From assembly GCA_004297985.1 (NCBI GenBank), contig SCRA01000038.1:22377-86376 (forward strand): 64,000 bases of DNA, read 5' to 3'. Below are positions 1 through 12,844 of this stretch, piece by piece. The translations under genes were made by a program, and so were the position numbers. How positions within the stretch are numbered: position 1 is the stretch's first letter; every line of letters starts with the position of its first letter. The notes beneath the pieces were generated by a model. The model was not told the origin of the DNA. It saw only the letters and a program-made list of their open reading frames with translations, and ran no database searches. This DNA comes from a bacterium (GTDB lineage: Bacteria > Vulcanimicrobiota > Vulcanimicrobiia > Vulcanimicrobiales > SCRA01).

Positions 1-26
1 AGCCAAAGGGGTATCCTCTTCGACCG

Positions 27-54
27 TAACGTCGCCGCAACGTTATGCCGATAA
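27..54 (+). promoter_or_regulatory. Putative sigma28 (FliA/SigD) promoter of the pse operon
   Basis: TAAC(27-30)-N16-GCCGATAA(47-54). The -10 box is a perfect match to the sigma28 consensus GCCGATAA and lies 36 nt before the pseB start. Confidence 0.6.
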
Positions 55-2245
<2,191 letters not shown>

Positions 2246-2258
<13 letters not shown>

Positions 2259-2983
2259 CGATCATCCAAGCGCGCACGGGCTCGATGCGCCTGCCGGGAA
2301 AGGTGCTCAAGCGGCTCTGCGGGCTCACCGTCTTGGAGCACGTGGTACGCCGCGTTCGCGCGTGCGAAGACCTCGACGCCGTGGTCGTAGCCACCAGCGA
2401 GGCGCCCAACGACGACCCCGTCTCCGACATGGCGCAGCGATGCGGGGCGGGAGTCTTCCGCGGCAGCGAGGACGACGTTCTCGACCGATTCCACGGTGCC
2501 GCTCGCGAGGCTCGAGCCGACGTAATCGTTCGGATCACTGCCGACTGCCCGCTGCTCGATCCGCAGGTGCTGGGGCAGGTCTACCGGCGGTTCCGCGAGA
2601 GCGACGGGGTCGACTACGTGAGCAACACGCTCGAGCGAACGTACCCGAGAGGCTTGGACGTCGAGGTGATGAGCGCTGTCGCGCTCGAGCGAGCGCATGC
2701 TGAGGCTCGAAAGCCCTACGAGCGCGAGCATGTGACGCCCTTCATCTACGGCCACCCGGAGCTCTTCACACTCGCAAACGTCGCCTGGGACCGCGGAGAC
2801 TTCGCTTTTCATCGCTGGACGCTCGACACGAGCGAGGACTTCGCGTTCATCACGGCCGTCTACGAAGCGCTCTATCGAGAAGGCGCCATCTTCGGTGCGC
2901 CAGACGTTCTCGCGCTGCTCGACCGTAGGCCGGAGCTTGTGGGGATCAACAGCGCCGTCCGCCAGAAGGCTCTCGACGAGTAG
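2246..2983 (+). CDS. pseF: SpsF/PseF-type CMP-nonulosonate synthetase (cytidylyltransferase); probable ATT start
   Basis: The in-frame upstream extension reads (M)RSVAIIQARTGSMRLPGKVL. Also RGSEDDVLDRF, RITADCPLLDP, REHVTPFI, RWTLDT. The ORF-track ATG at 2285 cuts the conserved N-terminal motif. Confidence 0.85.
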
Positions 2984-2985
2984 CC

Positions 2986-4053
2986 ATGCGACTGTACATC
3001 CGAGCGGATTCATCACTGCGCATCGGCACGGGGCATATCGTGCGCTGCATGACCGTGGCGACCGCGCTCCGGGGTCACGGGTTCGAGGCCGTTTTTATCT
3101 GCCGTACGCTTCCCGGCGACATCAGCTCGCTCGTCGAGCAGCGCGGGTTCGATGTACGGCGTCTACCCCCACCCGTGGCGGGAGATGCCCCCGGCAGCGA
3201 TGACGCATCGCTGACGCGTTCGGCGATCGGCGGCGAAGTGGGATGGCTTATCGTCGATCACTATGCGCTGGACGCGCGCTGGGAGCGTGCCGTGCGTCCG
3301 TGCGTCGAGGGTATCGTGGCCATCGACGATCTCGCCGACCGGCCGCACGCGTGCGACGCGCTGTTGGATCAGGGCCTGCATGCCGATGCGGCGACACGCT
3401 ACGGATCGCTGGTCGAACCCGCCACACGCCTGTGGCTGGGGCCTGCGTACGCGCTGCTGCGCGACGAGTTCGTGAACGTTGAGCACCATATGCGAGCGCG
3501 TGACGGCCGGGTTCGGCGACTGTTGATCTCTCTTGGTGGCAGCGATCCTCGGGGCTTCACGTCCATGGCGCTTGAGGCAGTACGCGCCGTCGACGGGTTC
3601 GAGGTCCCGGTAGATGTGGTCGTGCCGGCTTCGAACCCGCATCGGGCGAGGATCGCGGCGCTGGCGGCCGATGCCCCCAACGTGACGGTGCATGGCTACG
3701 TCGAGCGCATTTCGGATCTCATGCGTGCCGCGGATCTCGCCATCGGCGCCGGTGGGACGACGACCTGGGAGCGTTGCGCCGTGGGTCTGCCGACGATCCT
3801 GCTGGTGCTCGCCGAGAACCAGGCGAGCGTGGCAGGCAGTGTGGAGGAAGCAGGAGCGGCCTGGAACTTGGGCGATGCCGGCGCCTTGAAGCGAGAACAG
3901 CTCGGCGCCGCTCTCGCGCGGGCGCTGCGCTCTCCGGAGGAGCTGCGGCGAATGTCGGCGGCGGCTCTAGCGCTGATGCGTGGAGCCGGCACGCAGTGGC
4001 TGGCGTCGATGCTCGAGCTCGTCGGCGGAACGGCGGCACGTGATTCGGCGTGA
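2986..4053 (+). CDS. pseG: UDP-2,4-diacetamido-2,4,6-trideoxy-beta-L-altropyranose hydrolase
   Basis: RADSSLRIGTGHIVRC, IVDHY, IDDLADRPH, GPAYALLR, GGSDP, AGGTTTWER, AENQ. Confidence 0.93.
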   Translation: MRLYIRADSSLRIGTGHIVRCMTVATALRGHGFEAVFICRTLPGDISSLVEQRGFDVRRLPPPVAGDAPGSDDASLTRSAIGGEVGWLIVDHYALDARWERAVRPCVEGIVAIDDLADRPHACDALLDQGLHADAATRYGSLVEPATRLWLGPAYALLRDEFVNVEHHMRARDGRVRRLLISLGGSDPRGFTSMALEAVRAVDGFEVPVDVVVPASNPHRARIAALAADAPNVTVHGYVERISDLMRAADLAIGAGGTTTWERCAVGLPTILLVLAENQASVAGSVEEAGAAWNLGDAGALKREQLGAALARALRSPEELRRMSAAALALMRGAGTQWLASMLELVGGTAARDSA

Positions 4054-4600
4054 GGCCTACCGGCTGCGGCCGGTGATGAGCGGCGATCTGGAGATGCTGT
4101 TGACGTGGCGCAACGCCCCGCACGTACGCCGCTGGATGTTCACTACGCACCTCATTTCTCGTGAGGAGCACCAGGCCTGGCACGAACAACTGCAAGGGTC
4201 GGAGAGCACGCAGGTGCTGATCTTCGAGTGTAGCGGCGAGCCGCTGGGCGTCGTCCAGTTTGCAGACATACGCCGCGATCTCGGATGCTGCTCGTGGGGA
4301 TTCTATCTCGCGGCGGCGGAGCCGCCGCGCGGAACGGGCACGAAGCTCGGTGTCCTAGCGCTCGACTATGCGTTTGACGGGCTCGATGTGCGCGCGCTGC
4401 GCGCGCAAGTCTTGATAGGCAACGAGCGGAGCCTCGCGTTCCATCGCAAACTCGGATTTCGGGAGGAGGAAGCCCTCGTTCAGCGCGTCTTGGAGGACGG
4501 CCGCCGCGAAAACGTCAAAGTGCTGGAGCTCTTGCGCGATCACTGGCACCGGTCAAAGGAACGGGTTGAGCGATCCGCGTTCGGCAAGGAGGGTCGATGA
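4040..4600 (+). CDS. pseH: UDP-4-amino-4,6-dideoxy-N-acetyl-beta-L-altrosamine N-acetyltransferase (GNAT)
   Basis: LTWRNAPHVRRWM, EEHQAW, WGFYLA, NERSLAFHRKLGF. GTG start at 4040 overlaps the pseG end. Confidence 0.9.
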   Translation: MIRREAYRLRPVMSGDLEMLLTWRNAPHVRRWMFTTHLISREEHQAWHEQLQGSESTQVLIFECSGEPLGVVQFADIRRDLGCCSWGFYLAAAEPPRGTGTKLGVLALDYAFDGLDVRALRAQVLIGNERSLAFHRKLGFREEEALVQRVLEDGRRENVKVLELLRDHWHRSKERVERSAFGKEGR

Positions 4601-5649
4601 GGGAGTTCAAGCTGGAAGGGCGCCTGGTGGGGCCACATGCGCCGCCTTTCATCGTCGCCGAGATGTCCGGGAATCATAACCAGTCGTTGGAGCGTGCGCT
4701 GGCACTCGTCGATGCGGCGGCCGCGGCGGGCGCGCATGCTATCAAGCTGCAGACGTACACGGCGGATACGCTGACGATCGACTGCGATCGGCCTGAATTC
4801 CGCATCTCCGACCCGAGCAGCCTGTGGCATGGACGGACGCTCTACGACCTCTATCGAGAGGCGTACACGCCCTGGGAGTGGCACGAGCCGATCTTCGCGC
4901 GTGCCCGCGCGCGTGGACTGGTTCCTCTCAGCACGCCGTTCGACGAGAGTGCCGTCGAGCTGCTCGAAAGCCTCGCTGCGCCGTGCTATAAGATCGCCTC
5001 GTTCGAGAACGCCGATCTCTCATTGATCCGTCTGGTTGCGAGAAAGAGAAAGCCCGTCATCGTCTCGGTGGGGATGGCTACGGTGGCCGAGATCGACGAC
5101 TTGGTGCGCGCAATGCGCGCCGAAGGCGGCGAGGACATCGCGCTGCTCAAGTGTACCAGCACCTACCCCGCAAGCCCCGACGACTCGAACTTGCGGACCA
5201 TCCCCCATCTGCGCGAGCTCTTCGGCGTACAGGTGGGCCTCTCGGATCATACGATGGGAATCGGCGTGGCCGTCGCAGGCGTGGCATTCGGGGCAACGGT
5301 CATCGAGAAGCACTTTACGTTGCGCCGCGCCGACGGGGGCGTCGACGCGGCCTTCTCGCTCGAGCCGGAGGAGCTCGCAGCATTGGTCAGAGAGACGGAG
5401 CAGGCGTGGCGGGCGCTGGGCGCGGTCCGCTATGGCCCGACGGCGGCGGAGCGGCCGTCACTGGCATTCCGCCGATCCATCTTCGTCACGCGCGATTTGC
5501 GAGCCGGTGAACCGTTGACGCGCGAGAACGTGCGGGTCATCCGCCCGGGGCATGGGCTCGCGCCGCGACACTACGACGGGGTGCTGGGGCGCCGGGTTCG
5601 GCGGGACGTCGAGCGGGGAACCCCGCTTGCCTGGGGGCTCCTCGAATGA
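4597..5649 (+). CDS. pseI: Pseudaminic acid synthase
   Basis: AEMSGNHN, KLQTYT, TPWEWH, STPFD, KIASFE, GLSDHT, IEKHFT, and a C-terminal SAF domain (IRPGHGLAP). Confidence 0.95.
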   Translation: MREFKLEGRLVGPHAPPFIVAEMSGNHNQSLERALALVDAAAAAGAHAIKLQTYTADTLTIDCDRPEFRISDPSSLWHGRTLYDLYREAYTPWEWHEPIFARARARGLVPLSTPFDESAVELLESLAAPCYKIASFENADLSLIRLVARKRKPVIVSVGMATVAEIDDLVRAMRAEGGEDIALLKCTSTYPASPDDSNLRTIPHLRELFGVQVGLSDHTMGIGVAVAGVAFGATVIEKHFTLRRADGGVDAAFSLEPEELAALVRETEQAWRALGAVRYGPTAAERPSLAFRRSIFVTRDLRAGEPLTRENVRVIRPGHGLAPRHYDGVLGRRVRRDVERGTPLAWGLLE

Positions 5650-5692
5650 GGCCGGCCTCAAGGACGCTCGCGCGGCGGGCGATATCGTAAAG

Positions 5693-6967
5693 ATGAGCGG
5701 AGCTATGCCGATGGGACCCGAGGAGTCGCTGATCGCTTGGAAGACCCAAGCTTGGACCAACCCTCAGACAGTGGCTTGGTACGCTCAGCGGATGAACGAG
5801 AACAAGGGTACCAACCGGCTGAAGAATCTCGTCGAAGTCGAGCTCTGCCGGCGCTGCGCCGCCGGCGATCGCGTGCTCGACGTCGGCATCGGCACGGGCC
5901 GCGGCAGCATACCGCTCCTCTCCAAGGGTTTCCACGTCACCGGCGTCGACAGTTCGCAGGCGATGCTCGACCAGTGCCGGCGGGAGGCCGGGGAGTCACC
6001 GATCGAGTTGCTGCGCGCGGATATCGCCAGCCTGCCATTCCCGGACGCGTCGTTCGACACGCTGATCTCGCTCAACGTCCTCGTGCACTTCCCGCACTGG
6101 CGCGACGTCTTGCGGGAGTGGGCCCGGGTCGTGCGCCCCGACGGCCGCCTCATCTTCGACGTGCACTCGCTGGACCACGTGCAGGCCGTTTCGCGCGCGC
6201 ACGGCGTGCCTACCGAGGAACTGCTCGCGCCGGAGAGGCGGACGGAGCTCTATGCGTTGCGCGTGCGCGCCGAAGACCTGGTACACGAGGCCGAAGCACT
6301 CGGCCTCTCCGTCGTCGCGATCGTTCCCTATGCCGCCGTGCTCGGCGGAGGGAACCGCAACTTCTGGCTCGACAACTCGCGTGCGTCGGGCTACTTGTGG
6401 GAACGCCTCCTATCGTGGATGGCGTTGGATGAGCCGCTATTCCAGTTTGGCCGATTCCTCGAGCAGTCGCTCTTCGCGCACCTGACCACGGAGGCAACGG
6501 GTCGATTCATGGCCGTGCTCTGCCGCACTTCCGACCCTGCCGCCAATCGATCCTGGCTGCAACGCAACCAGCAAATCAACGAGGCGCTGGCGCACGGCCT
6601 CTCCGCTCGCGTGCTGTCCGATGTCGTTCCCGGTGATTTCGCCGCTTGGCAAACCGAGCTGAACGGGCACTTGAATGATCGCCGCAACGAGCTCATGCTC
6701 TCCTTTCTCTGCACGGCGTTCGCCCCGTTCCTCGACTCCGGGTGCGGTGAGGACATCCTGGCTCAGGAGCATTTCGCCGCGCTGCGGCGTTACGTCAGGA
6801 AGTGGCGCATCGACGGAGCAACCCGGCACTTCGTGAAGTCCTGGCATCGCACGCCCTCTGTCCAGGAGGCGCTGACATGCGCCGGCGTGTCACTGGGAGC
6901 GGGCCTCGAGTACGAGCTTACACGCGAGCTGCTCGACGCGGTTGGCGCGTTCGACGAGGGAGGGTAG
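5693..6967 (+). CDS. Class I SAM-dependent methyltransferase with an unrecognised C-terminal region
   Basis: VLDVGIGTGRGS motif I, GVDSSQAML, LPFPDASFD, RVVRPDGRL. Start is uncertain (5693, 5705 or 5711). Confidence 0.8.
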   Translation: MSGAMPMGPEESLIAWKTQAWTNPQTVAWYAQRMNENKGTNRLKNLVEVELCRRCAAGDRVLDVGIGTGRGSIPLLSKGFHVTGVDSSQAMLDQCRREAGESPIELLRADIASLPFPDASFDTLISLNVLVHFPHWRDVLREWARVVRPDGRLIFDVHSLDHVQAVSRAHGVPTEELLAPERRTELYALRVRAEDLVHEAEALGLSVVAIVPYAAVLGGGNRNFWLDNSRASGYLWERLLSWMALDEPLFQFGRFLEQSLFAHLTTEATGRFMAVLCRTSDPAANRSWLQRNQQINEALAHGLSARVLSDVVPGDFAAWQTELNGHLNDRRNELMLSFLCTAFAPFLDSGCGEDILAQEHFAALRRYVRKWRIDGATRHFVKSWHRTPSVQEALTCAGVSLGAGLEYELTRELLDAVGAFDEGG

Positions 6968-6969
6968 CG

Positions 6970-9027
6970 GTGGAGGCCATCGTCTCGCTGTTGTGGGGCA
7001 AGAACACCGAGGTACTGCGGCACTACCTGGCACGCCGGCGCCGCATCGTCTTGGCGCCGGCAGGCTTCGCGGGGACCGACGCCGCCTCCGCGCGAGCCGT
7101 CCAGGAGGCCGGAGGCGCCGTTCAGGTGCTCGAGCATCTGGTTCCGGAGGGGCGGCTGGACGAGATCCGTGCCGATGCCGCACGCCGCGCGCACACCGTG
7201 GCGCAGGCTGTCGAAAGCGAGCGCTGGCCGGAATTCTGCGGCGTTACGGCGTGTAGCGTCGAGCGCGTTCGTGAGGTGCTGACGCAGCGGTTGGCCGACA
7301 AGCTTCTGCCTGAGCTGGTGCTCGTCGAGGCACTCGAGGTCGCGCGACGCATGCACGCGATCGAGCTTGTGGTCGTCAACGAGGACGTGACGAGCGTCGG
7401 CAAGACGGCGGCATTGTGGGCGCGCGCCAGGAAAATCCCAGTGGTCCATCTCGCGCACAGCGAGATTCTCGGTGAGCTCTATACCGTTCACCGTGAGTTT
7501 CACGCTGACGCCATGGTGGCGTTCGGACCCCGCGGGACGGAGCCGTACCGCGACTTCGGCATCGAGGAGCAGCGCCTGCCGGCGATCGGAAACCCGGCGT
7601 GGGACCGGTACGATGCGCTGATCGCCCAGCGCGCGGCTCTGCGAAGCGAAGTCTTTCGGCAGCTTGGCTTGAGCGAGCGGGCGCCCCTGGTGCTCTTTGG
7701 CACGACGTGGTCGGCACGCCTGAGCGCACACGACGTGCCGGATCTGTATGAGCGTAGCACACGGGCCTTCCTCATGGCGGTCCGTATCGTCCGTGCCGCT
7801 GGAATCGAACTCAACGTCGTCGTCAAAGATCGCCCCGCCAATGCGAGCTTCGGCAGACCGCTGCTGGATAGACTTGCCGGCGAGACCGGCATCGGCACCG
7901 ATGCGTACCGTTACGCGACGAATGAGACCGAGGCACTGATCGTCGCGAGCGACGTGGTGGTCTCCGCCGACTCGAACCTCTCCATCGAGGCGATGATCGC
8001 CAACATCCCCGCACTCAACCTCTGGGACGAGCGGAGCTGGACCTTGGGACCGTGTTTCAGTGCCGATGACGGCATCGTGCAAACGACCAGCTCGGACCTC
8101 GCGGCGGCGATCGCCGGCGTGATCACCAATCCGGGCTTTCGAAACGCTCTCCTTGCGGGCATGAGTGCCCGGCGCTCTCGCTACTACGTGGGAGGCGGAG
8201 CCGCTCTTCGAGTCGCCGAGGCGCTCATCGGCTACGCTCGTGCTCCTGAACCGGCGCCGTCGAGCAGCGCTCCCATCTATCCGTGGCAATTGTTGTCGAT
8301 GGAGCAGGGGAACGATCTGCACGAAGGTTATATCGACCAGCCACGCAGCGAGCTCTTCGCACTCTTCGAGCATCAGCCGCGCTGCGTGCTGGATGTCGGC
8401 TGTTTTACCGGTGCCACCGGCCAAGCGATCAAGCAGCGGTATCGCGGCGCGCAGGTCTTGGGCATCGAGTTGAACCACGCGGCCGCGCAGGTAGCAGCCG
8501 AACGTATCGACCGCGTCTTCGAGCGGAAGATCGAAGAGCTGGACTTCATCGCCGAGGGCATCCAACCGGGGAGCATCGATACCGTGATCCTCGCCGACGT
8601 GCTCGAGCACATCTACGATCCCTGGGCCATGATGCTCCAACTCCGGCCGTGGCTCACGGAGGATGCGCAAATCGTCGCAAGCATTCCCAATTCGCGAAAC
8701 CTCTTGCTGATCATGGATCTGGTCGGCGGCCGCTGGAGGTATGAGCCGGCGGGACTGCTGGACGTGACGCACATTCGCTTCTTCACCAAGGACGAGATCG
8801 TTCGATTCTTCTACGAAACCGGCTTTAACGTCGCGAAGATGGCCAGTGCGCCGGACGTGCGGCTCAACTCCGTGGTGGGCCCGGCTGGTGCCGCAACGGA
8901 TATCGATCTGGGGAAGATGGTACTCAAAGGAGTCTCTCCCGAGGAGCTCGTGGAGCTCAAGACGTTGCAGTTTCTGGTGTTGGCACACCCGAACGGCCGC
9001 ACAGACGGTTCGAGAATGGAGGCCTGA
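6970..9027 (+). CDS. Fusion of an N-terminal GT-B-like (sialyl/capsule glycosyltransferase-like) domain and a C-terminal SAM methyltransferase
   Basis: GTG after GGAGGG. The N-terminal half has VHLAH, GNPAWD, VVVKDRP, ASDVVVSADSNLSIEAM. The C-terminal half has VLDVGCFTG, DVLEHIYDPW, SIPN, GLLDVTHIRFFT. Confidence 0.75.
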   Translation: MEAIVSLLWGKNTEVLRHYLARRRRIVLAPAGFAGTDAASARAVQEAGGAVQVLEHLVPEGRLDEIRADAARRAHTVAQAVESERWPEFCGVTACSVERVREVLTQRLADKLLPELVLVEALEVARRMHAIELVVVNEDVTSVGKTAALWARARKIPVVHLAHSEILGELYTVHREFHADAMVAFGPRGTEPYRDFGIEEQRLPAIGNPAWDRYDALIAQRAALRSEVFRQLGLSERAPLVLFGTTWSARLSAHDVPDLYERSTRAFLMAVRIVRAAGIELNVVVKDRPANASFGRPLLDRLAGETGIGTDAYRYATNETEALIVASDVVVSADSNLSIEAMIANIPALNLWDERSWTLGPCFSADDGIVQTTSSDLAAAIAGVITNPGFRNALLAGMSARRSRYYVGGGAALRVAEALIGYARAPEPAPSSSAPIYPWQLLSMEQGNDLHEGYIDQPRSELFALFEHQPRCVLDVGCFTGATGQAIKQRYRGAQVLGIELNHAAAQVAAERIDRVFERKIEELDFIAEGIQPGSIDTVILADVLEHIYDPWAMMLQLRPWLTEDAQIVASIPNSRNLLLIMDLVGGRWRYEPAGLLDVTHIRFFTKDEIVRFFYETGFNVAKMASAPDVRLNSVVGPAGAATDIDLGKMVLKGVSPEELVELKTLQFLVLAHPNGRTDGSRMEA

Positions 9028-9031
9028 CACC

Positions 9032-9667
9032 ATGGAACAACGTTTTGAGACAGCGCAGGAGAGCTTCTGGAGCGGCGCTTTTGGCACCGAGTATGCTTCA
9101 CGCAACGCCGGCGCGGCGTTGTTGGCATCCAATCGAGCGTTCTTCTCGAAGATGCTTGCGCCCACGCGCGGCGTGAAGTCGGTCCTCGAGTTGGGCGCGA
9201 ACATAGGCCTCAACCTCGTAGCTCTGCGGCAGCTCTTCCCGCAGGCAGAGCTCGCGGCAGTGGAGATCAATGCCGCGGCCGTGAATGAGCTGCGCAAACT
9301 CCCGGACGTTGAGGTACATCATCGGTCCGTGCTGGAGTTCGCTCCCGAGCGTCGATGGGATCTCGTGTTCACGAAGGGCGTCTTGATCCACATCGCCCCG
9401 GAAGCGCTGCCGCGCGCCTACGATCTCATGGTTCGCAGTTCGAGGCGCTACGTCTGCATCTGCGAATACTACAACCCCACGCCGGTCTCGATACCCTACC
9501 GAGGCCATGCCGAGAGGTTGTTCAAGCGGGACTTCGCCGGCGAACTGCTCGACCGCCATTCCGAGCTGGAACTCGTCCGGTACGGGTTCGTCTATCACCG
9601 AGACATCAATTTCCCGCAGGATGACCTGACGTGGTTCCTGCTCGAGAAGCGGGCCACCGGCGGCTAG
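9032..9667 (+). CDS. Pseudaminic acid biosynthesis-associated methylase
   Basis: [66 protein letters not shown] after GGAGG. Confidence 0.9.
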   Translation: MEQRFETAQESFWSGAFGTEYASRNAGAALLASNRAFFSKMLAPTRGVKSVLELGANIGLNLVALRQLFPQAELAAVEINAAAVNELRKLPDVEVHHRSVLEFAPERRWDLVFTKGVLIHIAPEALPRAYDLMVRSSRRYVCICEYYNPTPVSIPYRGHAERLFKRDFAGELLDRHSELELVRYGFVYHRDINFPQDDLTWFLLEKRATGG

Positions 9668-9693
9668 TCCAAGCCGGGACCCCTGGACGGGCG

Positions 9694-9810
9694 TGCTATA
9701 CTCAAACGGCTGATTTCCCATCTCACCCACCATGGACGGAGGGTGCTATGGTCCCAAAACGGGGAGTCCATGAGGGGCGAACCGGGGTCCAGAAAGGTGA
9801 ACCCACCCTT
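9694..9810 (+). promoter_or_regulatory. rpsB extended -10 promoter and structured 5' leader (candidate S2 autoregulatory RNA)
   Basis: TGCTATACT at 9694-9702. Stem CATGGAC(9731-37)/GTCCATG(9766-72) encloses GGGTGC and CCC-aaaac-GGG and is followed by AGGGGCGAACC. Confidence 0.55.
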
Positions 9811-10599
9811 ATGCCCGCCAACGTTTCGATGAAGGCCTTGCTCGAGGCCGGCGTCCACTTCGGCCACCAGACCCGCCGCTGGAACCCGCGGATGAAACCG
9901 TTTATCTTCCAGGAGCGCAACGGCATCCACATCCTCGATCTCTCCAAGACCGTCGTCATGCTCCGCCAGGTCTACGACGCCGTCTACCAGATGGCCGCGG
10001 CCGGTAAAGTCATCCTCTTCGTCGGCACCAAGAAGCAGGCACAGGACGTGATCAAGGAGGAGGCGTTGCGCGCCGGGACCTTCTTTATCAACCAGCGCTG
10101 GCTCGGTGGCACGCTGACCAACTTCTCGACGATGCAGAAGCGCATCGCGCGCCTGCGCGAGCTCGAGGGGCTGAAGGAGCAGGGCACGTTCGACCTGCTT
10201 CCCAAGAAGGAAGTAGCCAAGCTCGAAGACGAGATGGAGCGCCTGGAGAAGTTCTTCGGCGGCATCAAGGATATGCACCGCCTGCCGGACGCCGTCTTCA
10301 TCATCGACCCGAAGAAAGAGCGGATCGCCGTGCTGGAGGCGCGCAAGCTCCACGTCCCGATCATCGCCGTGATCGACACGAACTGCGACCCCGACGAGAT
10401 CGACTACCCCGTGCCTGGCAACGACGACGCGATCCGCTCGGTCCGCTACATGGCCGGCAAGATCGCGGACGCGATCATCGAGGGCAAGACGGAGACGGAG
10501 AGCGCCTACGCTTATGCCGCCGAGGCGGGCGAGGGCGAGTACGCCGAGACGGCCGAGACGATCGGCGAGCCGGCCGCCGAGGAGCCCGCGCAGGCATAA
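9811..10599 (+). CDS. rpsB: 30S ribosomal protein S2
   Basis: [52 protein letters not shown]. Confidence 0.98.
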   Translation: MPANVSMKALLEAGVHFGHQTRRWNPRMKPFIFQERNGIHILDLSKTVVMLRQVYDAVYQMAAAGKVILFVGTKKQAQDVIKEEALRAGTFFINQRWLGGTLTNFSTMQKRIARLRELEGLKEQGTFDLLPKKEVAKLEDEMERLEKFFGGIKDMHRLPDAVFIIDPKKERIAVLEARKLHVPIIAVIDTNCDPDEIDYPVPGNDDAIRSVRYMAGKIADAIIEGKTETESAYAYAAEAGEGEYAETAETIGEPAAEEPAQA

Positions 10600-10630
10600 G
10601 CGCGGCGAATCGCCAACGAACATACGCTCG

Positions 10631-10657
10631 AAGAGAGGCTGATGCAAGGCCTCTCTT
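10631..10657 (+). terminator. Hairpin between rpsB and tsf (attenuator or stabiliser)
   Basis: AAGAGAGGC-N9-GCCTCTCTT with only a short U tract. Confidence 0.45.
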
Positions 10658-10693
10658 TCGTGCAACGCATAACGGATACAGGTAGAACGCGCG

Positions 10694-11305
10694 ATGAGCA
10701 GTCAGACCACCTACAAGCCCCGTGCCGAGGAGGTGAAGAACCTCCGTGAGGCCACCCAGGCCGGCATGATCGAGTGTCGCGACGCACTCGTCGAGGCGAG
10801 TGGTGACTTCCAGAAGGCCAAGGCCAAGCTGGCGGCCGGCGGTGCCGCGAAGCTGGCCAAGAAGGCCGAGCGGGCGGCGAACCAGGGTTTGATCGAGTCG
10901 TACGTTCACGCGGGCGGAAAGATCGCCTCGCTGGTGGAGGTCAACTGCGAGACCGACTTCGTTGCGCGCGGTGAGAAGTTCGCCGGTTTGGCGAAAGATG
11001 TCGCGATGCAGATCGTGGCGATGAGCCCGCTCTACGTGGACCGCTCAGCGATCCCCGAGTCGGTGATCGCGGAGAAGAAGGCCGAGTTCGAGAGTCAGGC
11101 CCCGGCCGGCAAGCCCCTCGAGGTCAGGGAGAAGATCATCAAGGGCAAGCTGGAGAAGTGGTTCGGTGACGTCTGCCTGATCGATCAGCCATTCGTCAAG
11201 AGCGACTCCGGTCAGACGGTGGCGGAGCTGATCGCCGGCGTTGCGGGCGTGCTGGGGGAGAACATCAAGGTCAAGCGTTTCGCTCGTTTCGCGCTGGGCG
11301 AGTAG
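10694..11305 (+). CDS. tsf: Elongation factor Ts (short form)
   Basis: VKNLREATQAGMIECRDAL, EVNCETDFVAR, ENIKVKRFARF. Confidence 0.96.
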   Translation: MSSQTTYKPRAEEVKNLREATQAGMIECRDALVEASGDFQKAKAKLAAGGAAKLAKKAERAANQGLIESYVHAGGKIASLVEVNCETDFVARGEKFAGLAKDVAMQIVAMSPLYVDRSAIPESVIAEKKAEFESQAPAGKPLEVREKIIKGKLEKWFGDVCLIDQPFVKSDSGQTVAELIAGVAGVLGENIKVKRFARFALGE

Positions 11306-12626
<1,321 letters not shown>

Positions 12627-12631
12627 GTGGA

Positions 12632-12844
12632 GTGCACGAGAACGCGGTCGATGGACAATCGTTGCTCGCCCCGTTGCGGGAGGCGCGCGGGAGCCTTGGT
12701 CCAATCGGTCGGCTGATCGTGCTCGCTCCACCGCACCCCGCGATCGGTATCGGTGAGTTGCGCGTCCTGCGGGTCGATCCCGCGGATGCCGAGGGGAGGC
12801 CTACGGTGATCGTCTCCTACGAAGGCTACGAGCGTCTCGCGTGA
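12632..12844 (+). CDS. Small hypothetical protein (70 aa)
   Basis: Fills the frr-cdsA gap. Its stop overlaps the cdsA start (GTGA). GELRVLRV...VIVSYEGY pattern. Confidence 0.6.
   Translation: MHENAVDGQSLLAPLREARGSLGPIGRLIVLAPPHPAIGIGELRVLRVDPADAEGRPTVIVSYEGYERLA

Noticed and set aside
6790-9297. 835-aa minus-strand ORF and other long antisense ORFs (e.g. 26337-28139, 21497-22915, 53137-54681)
   Set aside because: They lie opposite well-supported genes and have no recognisable motifs; they are shadow ORFs expected from high-GC codon bias.
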